Assembly (NCBI GenBank): GCA_016214985.1
Contig: JACRMM010000063.1
Coordinates: 5,460 to 69,459, forward strand
Reading direction: 5' to 3'
DNA: 64,000 nt
From: Deltaproteobacteria bacterium
GTDB taxonomy: Bacteria; Desulfobacterota; Deferrisomatia; Deferrisomatales; JACRMM01
Both the position numbers and the translations under genes were made by a program. Shown piece by piece: positions 8,093-16,201 of the stretch. Under the pieces are notes generated by a model. It saw only the letters and a program-made list of their open reading frames with translations. It did not search any database and had not been told where the DNA came from. How positions within the stretch are numbered: position 1 is the stretch's first letter; each line of letters opens with the position of its first letter.

Positions 8093-8584
8093 ATGGAAAA
8101 GGCACAGAGTCCAACTCATATCGTGATCAAGAAGTACTCGAACCGACGTCTGTACGACACGTCGAACAGCTGCTATGTGAATCTGAAGCAGATTGCTGCT
8201 CTTGTCAGGGAGGGCAACACGGTCGAGGTGCTCGACACAGCGACTTCCGAAGACATTACCAAAGTCATACTGACGCAGATCATTATAGAAGAGGAGAAGC
8301 AGCAACGAAGCCTGCTTCCAACGGATTTCCTGCACCAATTGATCCAGCACGGCGAGATTGCCTATGCCCAGTTTGCCGAGGAGGCACTGACCGCGGGCTT
8401 GGCTGCCTACCGCAGTGCACAGGAGCAGATGGAGTCGGCCTTTATGGGGTGGGTGAAACCTTTGCTGGGCTCGATGCCCGGCACGCCGCAGAGTGACATC
8501 GATCGCCTGAGGGCCAAGGTTGCCGAGTTGGAGAACAAGTTGGCTGATCAGACCCAGGGACGGTCCTCGCCGGGGGAGAAATAG
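8093..8584 (+). CDS. phaR: Polyhydroxyalkanoate synthesis repressor PhaR
   Basis: IVIKKYSNRRLYDTSNSCYVNLKQIAALVREG...KVILTQIIIEEE is the PhaR N-terminal DNA-binding signature. ATG 8093 has GGAGAAG 8 nt upstream. The track start 8063 adds an Arg/Pro-rich leader. Confidence 0.85.
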   Translation: MEKAQSPTHIVIKKYSNRRLYDTSNSCYVNLKQIAALVREGNTVEVLDTATSEDITKVILTQIIIEEEKQQRSLLPTDFLHQLIQHGEIAYAQFAEEALTAGLAAYRSAQEQMESAFMGWVKPLLGSMPGTPQSDIDRLRAKVAELENKLADQTQGRSSPGEK

Positions 8585-8724
8585 GCACAGCGAGGGACAA
8601 GTCCGTCCCTTCACGCGTGCCCCAGGGGAACCAACTCGCAAGCCCTTCCAATGATCTTAAACTTACGGTGTTTCCGTCCAACTTCCTCAAGAACCTCTTG
8701 CGGCAGAGCTCATTGGCTGCTATT

Positions 8725-8735
8725 CTGCATTGCAG
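8725..8735. promoter_or_regulatory. CTGC-ATT-GCAG palindrome, candidate PhaR operator upstream of the phaE-phaC gene string
   Basis: Read directly (TTCTGCATTGCAGCA) in the lower-GC intergenic region between phaR and the 8975 gene. Confidence 0.4.
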
Positions 8736-8974
8736 CAAAGGAGGGGGCCGTTGTACGACGCTGTTGGCCTCTGCCGTTCCGTGGGACAGGACGCTGGTTG
8801 CTGCACGTTCCCGCCCGACGAAAGTGTCAGATACCACGGTTCATCCGGCGCAGGACCCCTGGGGGGAGGTGGCGCACTCCCCATTTGGTGATCGACGCTT
8901 GGGCGTGAGGGGAGCGGTATCGGCGGAACGCCTTCGGATTCCCACTCAAGACAACAGACAGGTGTGGATCGATC

Positions 8975-9448
8975 ATGGACCCAAAGACGCTGGAGAACTG
9001 GTTTCGTCTGAGCGCGGACGCGCTCAAGGGGGCTGAAGAGGCCAAGAAAGCGATGGAAGCGCTGACGCAGAATCCGCTTTCGCCGGAGGGGCTGTCGAAG
9101 TGGGCCGAGGCCTGGATGCCGAAGGGTTCTCCTCCCCCCGAGACCGAGAACGTGCGCCAGTTTCAGGACCTCGTTGAGGAGTCGTGGAAGGCGATCGGGG
9201 TCGTGCCCCGGTACCGGTATCTGGAGCTCCTGGAGAAGTACGAGCAACTGCGGGAGCGTTTGAAGGAAGCGGAGGAGGCCTTGGCGAACCTCCGCGAGAT
9301 CATCGGCGCGCGGGGGAAGGAAGAGGAAGCAAGAGGAATTCTGGACAGCTGGGAGGAGATCACTCGGGAGGCACTGAAGACGCAGGGCGAGTGGATGCGC
9401 TCCTGGACGGAGGGGGCGGGTAAAGAGAAGGAAGATAAGAAGCGTTGA
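8975..9448 (+). CDS. Coiled-coil acidic protein of the PHA locus (phasin-like / PhaE-related, function unproven)
   Basis: 157 aa with GC3-rich codons. The GVVPRYRYLELLEKYEQLRERLKEAEEAL segment resembles the IPTRGELDDAYRHMADLRREVKALRREM segment of the adjacent PhaE. Located between phaR and phaE. Confidence 0.55.
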   Translation: MDPKTLENWFRLSADALKGAEEAKKAMEALTQNPLSPEGLSKWAEAWMPKGSPPPETENVRQFQDLVEESWKAIGVVPRYRYLELLEKYEQLRERLKEAEEALANLREIIGARGKEEEARGILDSWEEITREALKTQGEWMRSWTEGAGKEKEDKKR

Positions 9449-9497
9449 GGCCTTAGATCGTAGAAGAGACCTGATCTGCAAGGAAGAGGGAGACACG

Positions 9498-10685
9498 ATG
9501 AACACGAATTGGCTCGAACAGGGACAGGACATGATGAAAGCCTGGACTCAGGCCCAGGCGAAGCTCTGGGAGAACTGGACACAGCTCGGAACGAAACAGG
9601 AGGTGACGGAAAACCCCGTTCAGGGCTGGATGTCCCAGTGGCAAGAGATGGCGAAGAAGAACCTGGGCGCGTTCACCGCGGGCGCGTCGGGCGTCCCCAA
9701 GGAAGTAGTCGACCGCGTCTTTTCCGGCGAAGGGGTGTTTCTGCGCTTCGTCGAATTCTGGACGAACGGCCTGAAGGCCTTGTCGCCCAATATCCAGGCC
9801 GGCGAGAACTGGGCAGAGCTCCTTCGCCGCTACCTGGCACAGGTGAAGCGAGAACTCGAAAGCGGAGAGTCTGCCTGGATGACGCCGGCTGGTCTCGCCG
9901 CTACGACGAAGGACCTGCCAGAGCTCTGGTCCCTCTACCGTCGTGAGCTCGAGAAGATGACGATGCCGTGGTTCGAGTCGCTGCGCGACGCGCAGGGCCA
10001 CGTCGGACAAGCGATGAGTGGCGATCGTCAGGCCACGGTGAAGATGTTCAATCTCTTCGTGGACACGTTCGAATCGACGCTCGGGAAGTTCTCCGCCGCT
10101 CCGGCCATCGGGTACACGCGCGAGTTTCAGGAGAAGCAGACGAGGGCCTTCGAAACCTGGGTGGAGGTTCGAAAGGCCGAGGCGGCCTTCCAGACGGAGA
10201 TCGCGAACACTGGCCTGCGCAGCCTGGAGAACCTGGTTGAGCGGCTCGTGAAGATGGGCGAGACCGGTGAGAAGATCAAGACGCTTCGCCAGCTCTTTGA
10301 CCTGTGGGTGGAGACGGCCGAGACTGTCTACTTCGAAGTGGCGAGCACCGAGTCCTTCGCGGAGATCCAGGGCCGTCTCGTCAACGCCGCGATGCACTAC
10401 AGGGTGCACGAGCGGGAGCTCGGCGAAGTGTACCTGAAGGCCCTCCACATCCCCACGCGCGGCGAGCTGGATGACGCCTACCGACACATGGCCGACCTGC
10501 GCCGGGAGGTGAAGGCGCTGCGAAGGGAAATGACCCAGCTCCAGGAGGAGCGGGAGAAGAGCGGACCGGTCGCACCCCTCGAGCCGAGCAGGCGCCGGTC
10601 ACGTGCAGGCGTAAAAGCGACGGCAGCTTTCGCGGAAGCGGCGCCGGCCGGGGGTCAAGTCACCGATCAGGCGAAGGAGGGCTGA
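9498..10685 (+). CDS. phaE: Class III PHA synthase subunit PhaE
   Basis: 395 aa, size and position immediately upstream of a ~355-aa PhaC. W/Q-rich N-terminus (WLEQGQDMMKAWTQAQAKLWENWTQL) and a C-terminal amphipathic helix typical of PhaE. SD AGGAAGAGGGAG lies upstream. Confidence 0.75.
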   Translation: MNTNWLEQGQDMMKAWTQAQAKLWENWTQLGTKQEVTENPVQGWMSQWQEMAKKNLGAFTAGASGVPKEVVDRVFSGEGVFLRFVEFWTNGLKALSPNIQAGENWAELLRRYLAQVKRELESGESAWMTPAGLAATTKDLPELWSLYRRELEKMTMPWFESLRDAQGHVGQAMSGDRQATVKMFNLFVDTFESTLGKFSAAPAIGYTREFQEKQTRAFETWVEVRKAEAAFQTEIANTGLRSLENLVERLVKMGETGEKIKTLRQLFDLWVETAETVYFEVASTESFAEIQGRLVNAAMHYRVHERELGEVYLKALHIPTRGELDDAYRHMADLRREVKALRREMTQLQEEREKSGPVAPLEPSRRRSRAGVKATAAFAEAAPAGGQVTDQAKEG

Positions 10686-10688
10686 GCC

Positions 10689-11753
10689 ATGTTCCCATTC
10701 GAAATCCGACCCGAAGATGCGATGGCAGAGATCGTCGAGCTCAATCGCAAGGTTCTCAAGGGCATCGACTCGATTGTCGACGTGCGTGACGTGGACGTTT
10801 CGCCCACCCCGAAGGAGGTCGTGTACAAGGAGGACGAACTCGTCCTCTACCACTTCGAGCCCAAGGTGAAGCGGCCCTGCAAGGTTCCCATCCTGATCGT
10901 CTACGCTCTGGTAAACCGCCCTTACATGGTCGATCTCCAGGAGGGCCGGAGCATGGTCTCGAACCTCCTGAAGCAGGGGATGGACGTCTATCTGATCGAC
11001 TGGGGCTACCCCGACCCGTTCGAGCGCTACCTCAACCTGGACGACTACGTCAACGGCTACATCGATACCTGCGTCGACGTATTGCGCCGCCGCCACGGGC
11101 TCGACCAGATCAACCTCCTCGGGATCTGCCAGGGGGGGACGATGAGCCTCTGCTACACATCCCTCCACCCCGAGAAGATCAAGAACCTGATCACCATGGT
11201 CACGCCGGTGGACTTCCACGTGAAGGGTGGTCTGCTGAACGTCTGGGCGCGTTCCCTGGACGTGGACACGATGGTCGAGGCCTTCGGCAACGTCCCTGGG
11301 GAGTTCATGAACTTTGGCTTCCTGATGTTGAAACCACTACAGTTGATGGTCCAAAAGTATCTCGGCTTCGTCTCCCTCATGGACGACGAGAACAATCTCA
11401 AGAGCTTCCTCCGAATGGAGAAGTGGATCTTCGACAGTCCCGACCAAGCGGGCGAGGCCTTCCGCCAGTTCATCAAGGACTTCTTCCAGGGCAACAAGCT
11501 CGTCAAGGGAGAGGTGGAGCTCGGCGGGAAGAAGGTGGATCTGAAGAACATCACGATGCCTGTCTTCAATCTCTACGCCACCGAAGACCACCTGGTCCCC
11601 CCTGCCTCTTCCATGTCCCTGGAGAAGTTCGTGGGTTCGACCGACGTCACCACCGTCCCCTTCCCCGGCGGACACATCGGGATCTACGTGAGCAGCAGGT
11701 CCCAGAAGGAACTTGCCCCAGCGCTGGCGAAGTGGGTCAAGGACCGCGTCTGA
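10689..11753 (+). CDS. phaC: Class III PHA synthase catalytic subunit PhaC
   Basis: 354 aa alpha/beta hydrolase with lipase-box-like GICQGGTMSL (catalytic Cys). PVDFH, ATEDHLVP and GGHIGIYVS motifs. 3 nt after phaE. Confidence 0.85.
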   Translation: MFPFEIRPEDAMAEIVELNRKVLKGIDSIVDVRDVDVSPTPKEVVYKEDELVLYHFEPKVKRPCKVPILIVYALVNRPYMVDLQEGRSMVSNLLKQGMDVYLIDWGYPDPFERYLNLDDYVNGYIDTCVDVLRRRHGLDQINLLGICQGGTMSLCYTSLHPEKIKNLITMVTPVDFHVKGGLLNVWARSLDVDTMVEAFGNVPGEFMNFGFLMLKPLQLMVQKYLGFVSLMDDENNLKSFLRMEKWIFDSPDQAGEAFRQFIKDFFQGNKLVKGEVELGGKKVDLKNITMPVFNLYATEDHLVPPASSMSLEKFVGSTDVTTVPFPGGHIGIYVSSRSQKELAPALAKWVKDRV

Positions 11754-11798
11754 GGACGGCGCTTCTCGGGGGCGGAAGCACCCGCCCCGAGGGCCGGC

Positions 11799-11843
11799 AA
11801 AAAAAAGAAGCGGGGCGCCGAGTGGCGCCCCGCTTCTCTTGAA
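11799..11843. terminator. Bidirectional rho-independent terminator between convergent phaC (class III) and the phasin-like gene
   Basis: A8 run (11799-11806), 13-bp perfect stem GAAGCGGGGCGCC / GGCGCCCCGCTTC (11807-11819 / 11824-11836), loop GAGT, then TCTTGAAT. On the minus strand the hairpin is followed by U8. Confidence 0.8.
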
Positions 11844-11859
11844 TCTGGCGCGAAGTTCG

Positions 11860-12141
11860 TTAGGCGCTGTGTCCCTTCTCGGCCTTGGGGCTGAAGAAGG
11901 CGGCCGTCTCCTTCGCCGCCCCCTGCCAGGCCTTCAGCAACTCCACCTGGCTCTTGCTCGCCGTGTCCGACCACTCCTTCATGAGCCTCTGGGTCTCCTT
12001 CTGGGCCTCGGTGGCCTGCTCCACCCAGCGGTCCGTGAACTTCTGAAACTGGCTCTGGTACACGTTCGCCGAATCCAGCCAGTGCTCCACCTGCTGCGCC
12101 CAAAGGGTGGTTGCCTTCTCCACGTAGTTCTCGTCTCGCAT
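11860..12141 (-). CDS. Small phasin-like protein (93 aa)
   Basis: Helical W/Q/K/E-rich sequence (WAQQVEHWLDSANVYQSQFQKFTDRWVEQATEAQKETQRLMKEW). AGGAG SD upstream of ATG 12141. Strong terminator downstream. Two CTGC-N3-GCAG palindromes lie in its promoter region. Confidence 0.6.
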   Translation of the reverse strand: MRDENYVEKATTLWAQQVEHWLDSANVYQSQFQKFTDRWVEQATEAQKETQRLMKEWSDTASKSQVELLKAWQGAAKETAAFFSPKAEKGHSA

Positions 12142-12194
12142 GACTCTCTCCTTCTGTGGGGGGTACGCCGTTCAACTGCTACCCAGTATAGTCA

Positions 12195-12209
12195 TGCTGC
12201 GATGCAGCG
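12195..12209. promoter_or_regulatory. TGCTGC-GAT-GCAGCG palindrome, candidate PhaR operator 54 nt upstream of the phasin-like gene
   Basis: Read directly from the sequence. Shares the CATGCTGC left flank with the site upstream of phaR. Confidence 0.5.
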
Positions 12210-12237
12210 TCAATGGGTCCTATGACACTGTTTTCTG

Positions 12238-12252
12238 TGCTGCGTTGCAGTT
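12238..12252. promoter_or_regulatory. TGCTGC-GTT-GCAGTT palindrome, second candidate PhaR operator upstream of the phasin-like gene
   Basis: Read directly from the sequence, 43 nt from the first site. Confidence 0.45.
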
Positions 12253-12519
12253 TCACGGCGCGGCTCATCTCCCGTGCTCAGGAGAAGGTGCACCGTCGGA
12301 TTGGGGCGCAGGCGCTGTGGCTGTTCGGGAAATGCCAGACAAGGGGGACTGGTGGCTCAAGCGGGCAGGAGCCGGGGTCGATCGGTTCTACCGAAGGCTC
12401 CGCTCCGGAAGAGCCGGCGGCCACGATTTGGGAGCGTCGCGGTCAGTTTTGCGTTGCCAGAGCCCGAAGGGTTGCTTCAGAATCGAGGCGTGCCCACCGA
12501 GACGCAATGGAGGCGTGAG

Positions 12520-12696
12520 ATGAAGAACTGCAAGGCGTGCCCCGACCGGACGGACGAGTGCCCCAAGGACCCCGACGGAGCGCTACTCGCGTTGGGCCCG
12601 TTCTGGGGGGGGAGCGATCGGGACTGTCCCAAGGAGCTTTCGGATTGGCGCGCCAGCATGGAGCGCCTGCTGGCGAAGGGGAAGGGCTCACGCTAG
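12520..12696 (+). CDS. Hypothetical small Cys-containing protein (58 aa)
   Basis: ATG 12520 is preceded by GGAGG at a 7-nt spacing. GC3-rich codons. MKNCKACPDRTDECPKDPDG...DRDCPKEL (4 Cys). No family recognised. The 5' part of the track ORF (from 12274) looks non-coding. Confidence 0.35.
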   Translation: MKNCKACPDRTDECPKDPDGALLALGPFWGGSDRDCPKELSDWRASMERLLAKGKGSR

Positions 12697-12909
12697 CCGG
12701 GTCCTGTCCCGTGCCCAAGCCCGGGAAGACACGAGCCCTGGGGCGCATAGAGTTTGACGCCGGGGGCTCGCGATTCGGGGCCACCACCGCACCACCCGTC
12801 CTGAACTCTCCCAGTGGGCTCTCAGGGTAGTCCTGCGGTTGGAATGGAAATCCGAGCGCCAGGCCCCGAGGCGCTCGGATCCGCGGACTGCACAGCTCGC
12901 TGCAAGAAC

Positions 12910-13431
12910 CTACTGAAACGCGCTCTCGAAGGCTCCTGCCGCTCTTTCCAGCTTCGAGGCGCAGGCGACGCTTCGACCCGGCATTCCGCTGGAGACCTCC
13001 GGCGGAGGTATCCGTTTTGGCGGGGAAACGACGGCCTCGCCATCGACCACGAGCACGCCCGCCTGGTTTGTGCACGTCGTTCGAAGCTTTACGCGGTTCT
13101 TCTTGCCATCTACCTCCAACACTTCGACCTGGGCCGTGATGGTATCGCGAATGCGAACCGGTGCGAGGAACTTTACCTCTTGCGAGACGTAGACGGTTCC
13201 AAGGCCGGGGAGGCGGTTTGCGATCACTGCCGAGATGAAGCCGGCACAGAGCATGCCGTGGGCGATGGGACCTTTGAAAAACGTGCTCTCCGCGTACACT
13301 TGGTCGAAGTGGATGGGGTTCACATCGCCGGTCGCGGCCGCGAAGAGGGGAAGGTCCACCGGTCGTACCTCGTTCACGATCGCCGCCTTGTCGCCTACCG
13401 AGAGCTCGTTCGCCAATCTGCAGTTGTCCAT
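12910..13431 (-). CDS. phaJ: MaoC-like (R)-specific enoyl-CoA hydratase
   Basis: FAAATGDVNPIHFDQVYAESTFFKGPIAHGML hot-dog hydratase motif. ATG 13431 with GGAGGGA SD. Lies downstream of phaP in the same orientation. Confidence 0.8.
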   Translation of the reverse strand: MDNCRLANELSVGDKAAIVNEVRPVDLPLFAAATGDVNPIHFDQVYAESTFFKGPIAHGMLCAGFISAVIANRLPGLGTVYVSQEVKFLAPVRIRDTITAQVEVLEVDGKKNRVKLRTTCTNQAGVLVVDGEAVVSPPKRIPPPEVSSGMPGRSVACASKLERAAGAFESAFQ

Positions 13432-13527
13432 GTTCCCTCCTGTGGGGCCGACTCGGGGTTGCTGTGGCACCGGTACGGAGGCGCCGAGCAACCTTGCGCA
13501 GGTCTTTGTTGAACTGGGCGCCCCCTC

Positions 13528-13974
13528 CTAGCCCTTCGTAACCTGTTCCTTCACTTCCCCGAAGTTTTCCACCACCCGTTTGTTGACCACATCCAGCGCC
13601 TGGTTGGCCGAGGAAGAGACCATCTCGGACAGCTGGCGCATGTTGGAGAAGGCCTTCTCGAATGCCTCCTTCACTACTTCGGCCTGCTTCGCCGCGAGCT
13701 CCTTGGGGGTCTTGGCGGTTCCCAGCTCGCGCGCACGCGCCGATGCAGCCACCACGGCCTCGTTCAGGATCTCGGCCTGCCGTTTCGCCACCGACTGCAT
13801 GCCCGTCGCCGCCAGCCGGTTCGCCTCGACGACGGCCTCGATGTTCTTCCGCTGGCTCGCCAGCAGCGCCGTCAGGTCGACGCCGGGGAGCTGAAAGGAG
13901 CTCAGCACTTTGGCGAAGTCGAAGGTCTCGGGGTTGATCTCGGGGAACAGGGAAAAGGGATTCTTCGTAGACAT
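13528..13974 (-). CDS. phaP: Phasin family protein (PHA granule-associated)
   Basis: 148 aa. QLPGVDLTALLASQRKNIEAVVEANRLAATGMQSVAKRQAEIL... matches the phasin family repeat-helix pattern. 54 nt downstream of the class I phaC. Confidence 0.8.
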   Translation of the reverse strand: MSTKNPFSLFPEINPETFDFAKVLSSFQLPGVDLTALLASQRKNIEAVVEANRLAATGMQSVAKRQAEILNEAVVAASARARELGTAKTPKELAAKQAEVVKEAFEKAFSNMRQLSEMVSSSANQALDVVNKRVVENFGEVKEQVTKG

Positions 13975-14028
13975 GGTTTTTGCTCCGATCTTCGGGTGTT
14001 GGGTTTCGCCGAACGGTCGTCTTTCAAT

Positions 14029-15828
14029 CTAGCAGCGCACCTGCACGTAAGAGCCGGGCGCGTCCTCCAGGGCCTTGAGGCTGCCTGAGCCCGGTTCGCG
14101 CGGAGGCACGCTCCCCCCGGCGAACTGGCCGACCCACTCCAACCAGTCCGGCCACCACGAGCCCTGGTGCTCCTTTGCGCCGTTCAGCCACGCGTCGGGG
14201 GACTTGGGTTTGCGCCCGTTCGTCCAGTACCCGTACTTGTTCGCCGACGGAGGGTTCATCGCGCCGGCGATGTGACCCGAACCGCCCAGCACGAACTTTA
14301 CGGGGCCGGAGTAGAGCTGGGTCGCCGCGTAGGTCGTCTTCCACGGGGCGATGTGGTCCTCCCTGGCGGAGAGGATATAGACCGGGGTCTTGACGGCCCG
14401 CAGGTCGATGGGCACGCCCTTCAGGCTGATCCCCCCCGGCTCCACAAGCTTGTTCTCGAGATACATCTTGCGGAGATAATAGCTGTGCATCATCGCCGGC
14501 ATGCGAGTGGAGTCACAGTTCCAGTAGAGCAGATCAAACGGCCGCGGGTCCTTGCCGAGGAGGTAGTTGTTTACGACGAAGGACCAGATCAGGTCGTTGG
14601 CCCTGAGCATGCTGAAGACCGTGCCCATGAGCCGGCCGTCGAGGTATCCCTGGGCTTCCATGTGCTTGTCCAGGAGGTGGAGCTGCTCGTCGTCGATGAA
14701 GACCGAGAGCTCGCCCACGTCGCTGAAATCAACGAGCGTCGTGAAGAACGTGGCACTCTTGACCCGGTCGTCTTCCTTGGCGGCCAGGTAACCCAGGGTC
14801 GAGGCGGTCAGCGTGCCGCCGATGCAGTACCCGATGAGGTTCACCTCGCGTTCCCCTGTGGCGAGCTCGATCGCATCGAGGGCCGCCAGCGGCCCCTCGG
14901 CCATATAGTCTTCGAAGCCCTTGTGCGCCAGCTCCTTGCCGGGGTTCACCCAGGAGATGACGAAGACCGTTTGGCCGTTTTCGACAGCCCAGCGGATGAA
15001 GGAGTTCTTCGGCTGGAGGTCGAGGATGTAGAACTTGTTGATCCACGGCGGCACGATCAGGAGCGGGCGCCGACACACCGTGTCGGTGGCGGGCGCGTAC
15101 TGGATCAACTGCATCAGATCGTTCTGGTAGATCACCTTGCCGGGTGTCACAGCGATATTCTCGCCGATCTTGAAGCTCGCGAAGTCGGTCATCGAGATGG
15201 CGAGCCGCCCCTCGCCCCGCTCCATGTCGCCCAGCAGATTCTCGAACCCCTTCAGCAGGCTCTGGCCACCCGTCTCCAGGGCCTCCTGCCAGACCTTCGG
15301 GTTCGTCGCGGCGAAGTTGGTCGGTGACATCGCCTCGATCAGTTGGCGGGTGTAGAAGTCGATCTTCTTGGCGGTGCCCTCTTCCAGGTCGGTGACGCTC
15401 GCGACGACCGACTGCGCCCAGCGCGAGGTGAGCAGGTACGCCTGCTTCACGAAGTCGAAGTAGATCTCTTCCTGCCAGGCCGCGTCTTTGAACCGCCGGT
15501 CGTGGCTCTCCGGCTCCACCACGGGCTGGGCCGGATGCCCGGCCAGGCGCCGTACGGTGGACTCCCACAACCGGTACCCATCACCCCAAGCCTGAGCCTG
15601 GAGCTCCGCGAGCTTTCGCGGCTCGGCCTGGATCTTGAGTGCGAGCTCCATGAACGCCTTGCCGATGACCGCTGGGTCCGGGATCTGGATCCCCCCGCTC
15701 TCGGTCTGCTCTTTCAGACTGTCCATCCAGACGCGCCAGCCCCGCTGCGCCAGCTCGCCCACCGACTTGGACCACTTTTCTGCATCGAAAGGAATGGCCC
15801 CCTTCGCCTTGTGCGTGCTCTCACTCAT
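14029..15828 (-). CDS. phaC: Class I poly(R)-hydroxyalkanoate synthase PhaC
   Basis: 599 aa. PhaC N-terminal domain, lipase-box-like GYCIGGT (catalytic Cys), LLYWNCDSTRMP and REDHIAPW motifs. Confidence 0.9.
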   Translation of the reverse strand: MSESTHKAKGAIPFDAEKWSKSVGELAQRGWRVWMDSLKEQTESGGIQIPDPAVIGKAFMELALKIQAEPRKLAELQAQAWGDGYRLWESTVRRLAGHPAQPVVEPESHDRRFKDAAWQEEIYFDFVKQAYLLTSRWAQSVVASVTDLEEGTAKKIDFYTRQLIEAMSPTNFAATNPKVWQEALETGGQSLLKGFENLLGDMERGEGRLAISMTDFASFKIGENIAVTPGKVIYQNDLMQLIQYAPATDTVCRRPLLIVPPWINKFYILDLQPKNSFIRWAVENGQTVFVISWVNPGKELAHKGFEDYMAEGPLAALDAIELATGEREVNLIGYCIGGTLTASTLGYLAAKEDDRVKSATFFTTLVDFSDVGELSVFIDDEQLHLLDKHMEAQGYLDGRLMGTVFSMLRANDLIWSFVVNNYLLGKDPRPFDLLYWNCDSTRMPAMMHSYYLRKMYLENKLVEPGGISLKGVPIDLRAVKTPVYILSAREDHIAPWKTTYAATQLYSGPVKFVLGGSGHIAGAMNPPSANKYGYWTNGRKPKSPDAWLNGAKEHQGSWWPDWLEWVGQFAGGSVPPREPGSGSLKALEDAPGSYVQVRC

Positions 15829-15992
15829 CTCTCACCCTCGCTTCCCCCCGTCTCCCCCGTCTCCCGCGCAACTCGCTTCCCCATCGTCTGTCTTCTCCTT
15901 CCTTCGCTGTCCAGAAACCGATGCCCGACCGGCGCGCCATTCCCCGCCCATCAGGTGCTATGAAAAGTATCCGAGGTCTCATGGTTGGCAAT

Positions 15993-16008
15993 TGCACATG
16001 ACATGCCA
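15993..16008 (-). promoter_or_regulatory. Candidate sigma-54 (-24/-12) promoter for the phaC(class I)-phaP-phaJ operon
   Basis: Minus strand reads TGGCATGTCATGTGCA, i.e. GG-N10-GC with TGGCA and TGCA cores. 165 nt upstream of the phaC ATG and 194 nt downstream of the sigma-54 activator gene. Confidence 0.5.
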
Positions 16009-16201
16009 CGCGCTGTCTCCTTGGTTCTTGGCCAAAGAACGGTCTTGCCGGCGGGCAACCCCCTGCCGATTGCCGGTCCCTGCATGCAAAATCTTGCACG
16101 TGGCGACGGCGTGACCGTGCGGCGGGAGAGAAGCACGTAACCACACGGGCTCGAGCGCGGGGCGGTAGGACGAGGCAGGCGGTTCGACGAGCGGCCCGGC
16201 G

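Noticed and set aside
15981-15998. Plus-strand TTGGCAATTGCA as a sigma-54 promoter
   Set aside because: The -24 and -12-like elements are adjacent rather than spaced by N10, and the orientation would transcribe into the 3' end of the activator gene. The minus-strand reading of the neighbouring bases fits better.
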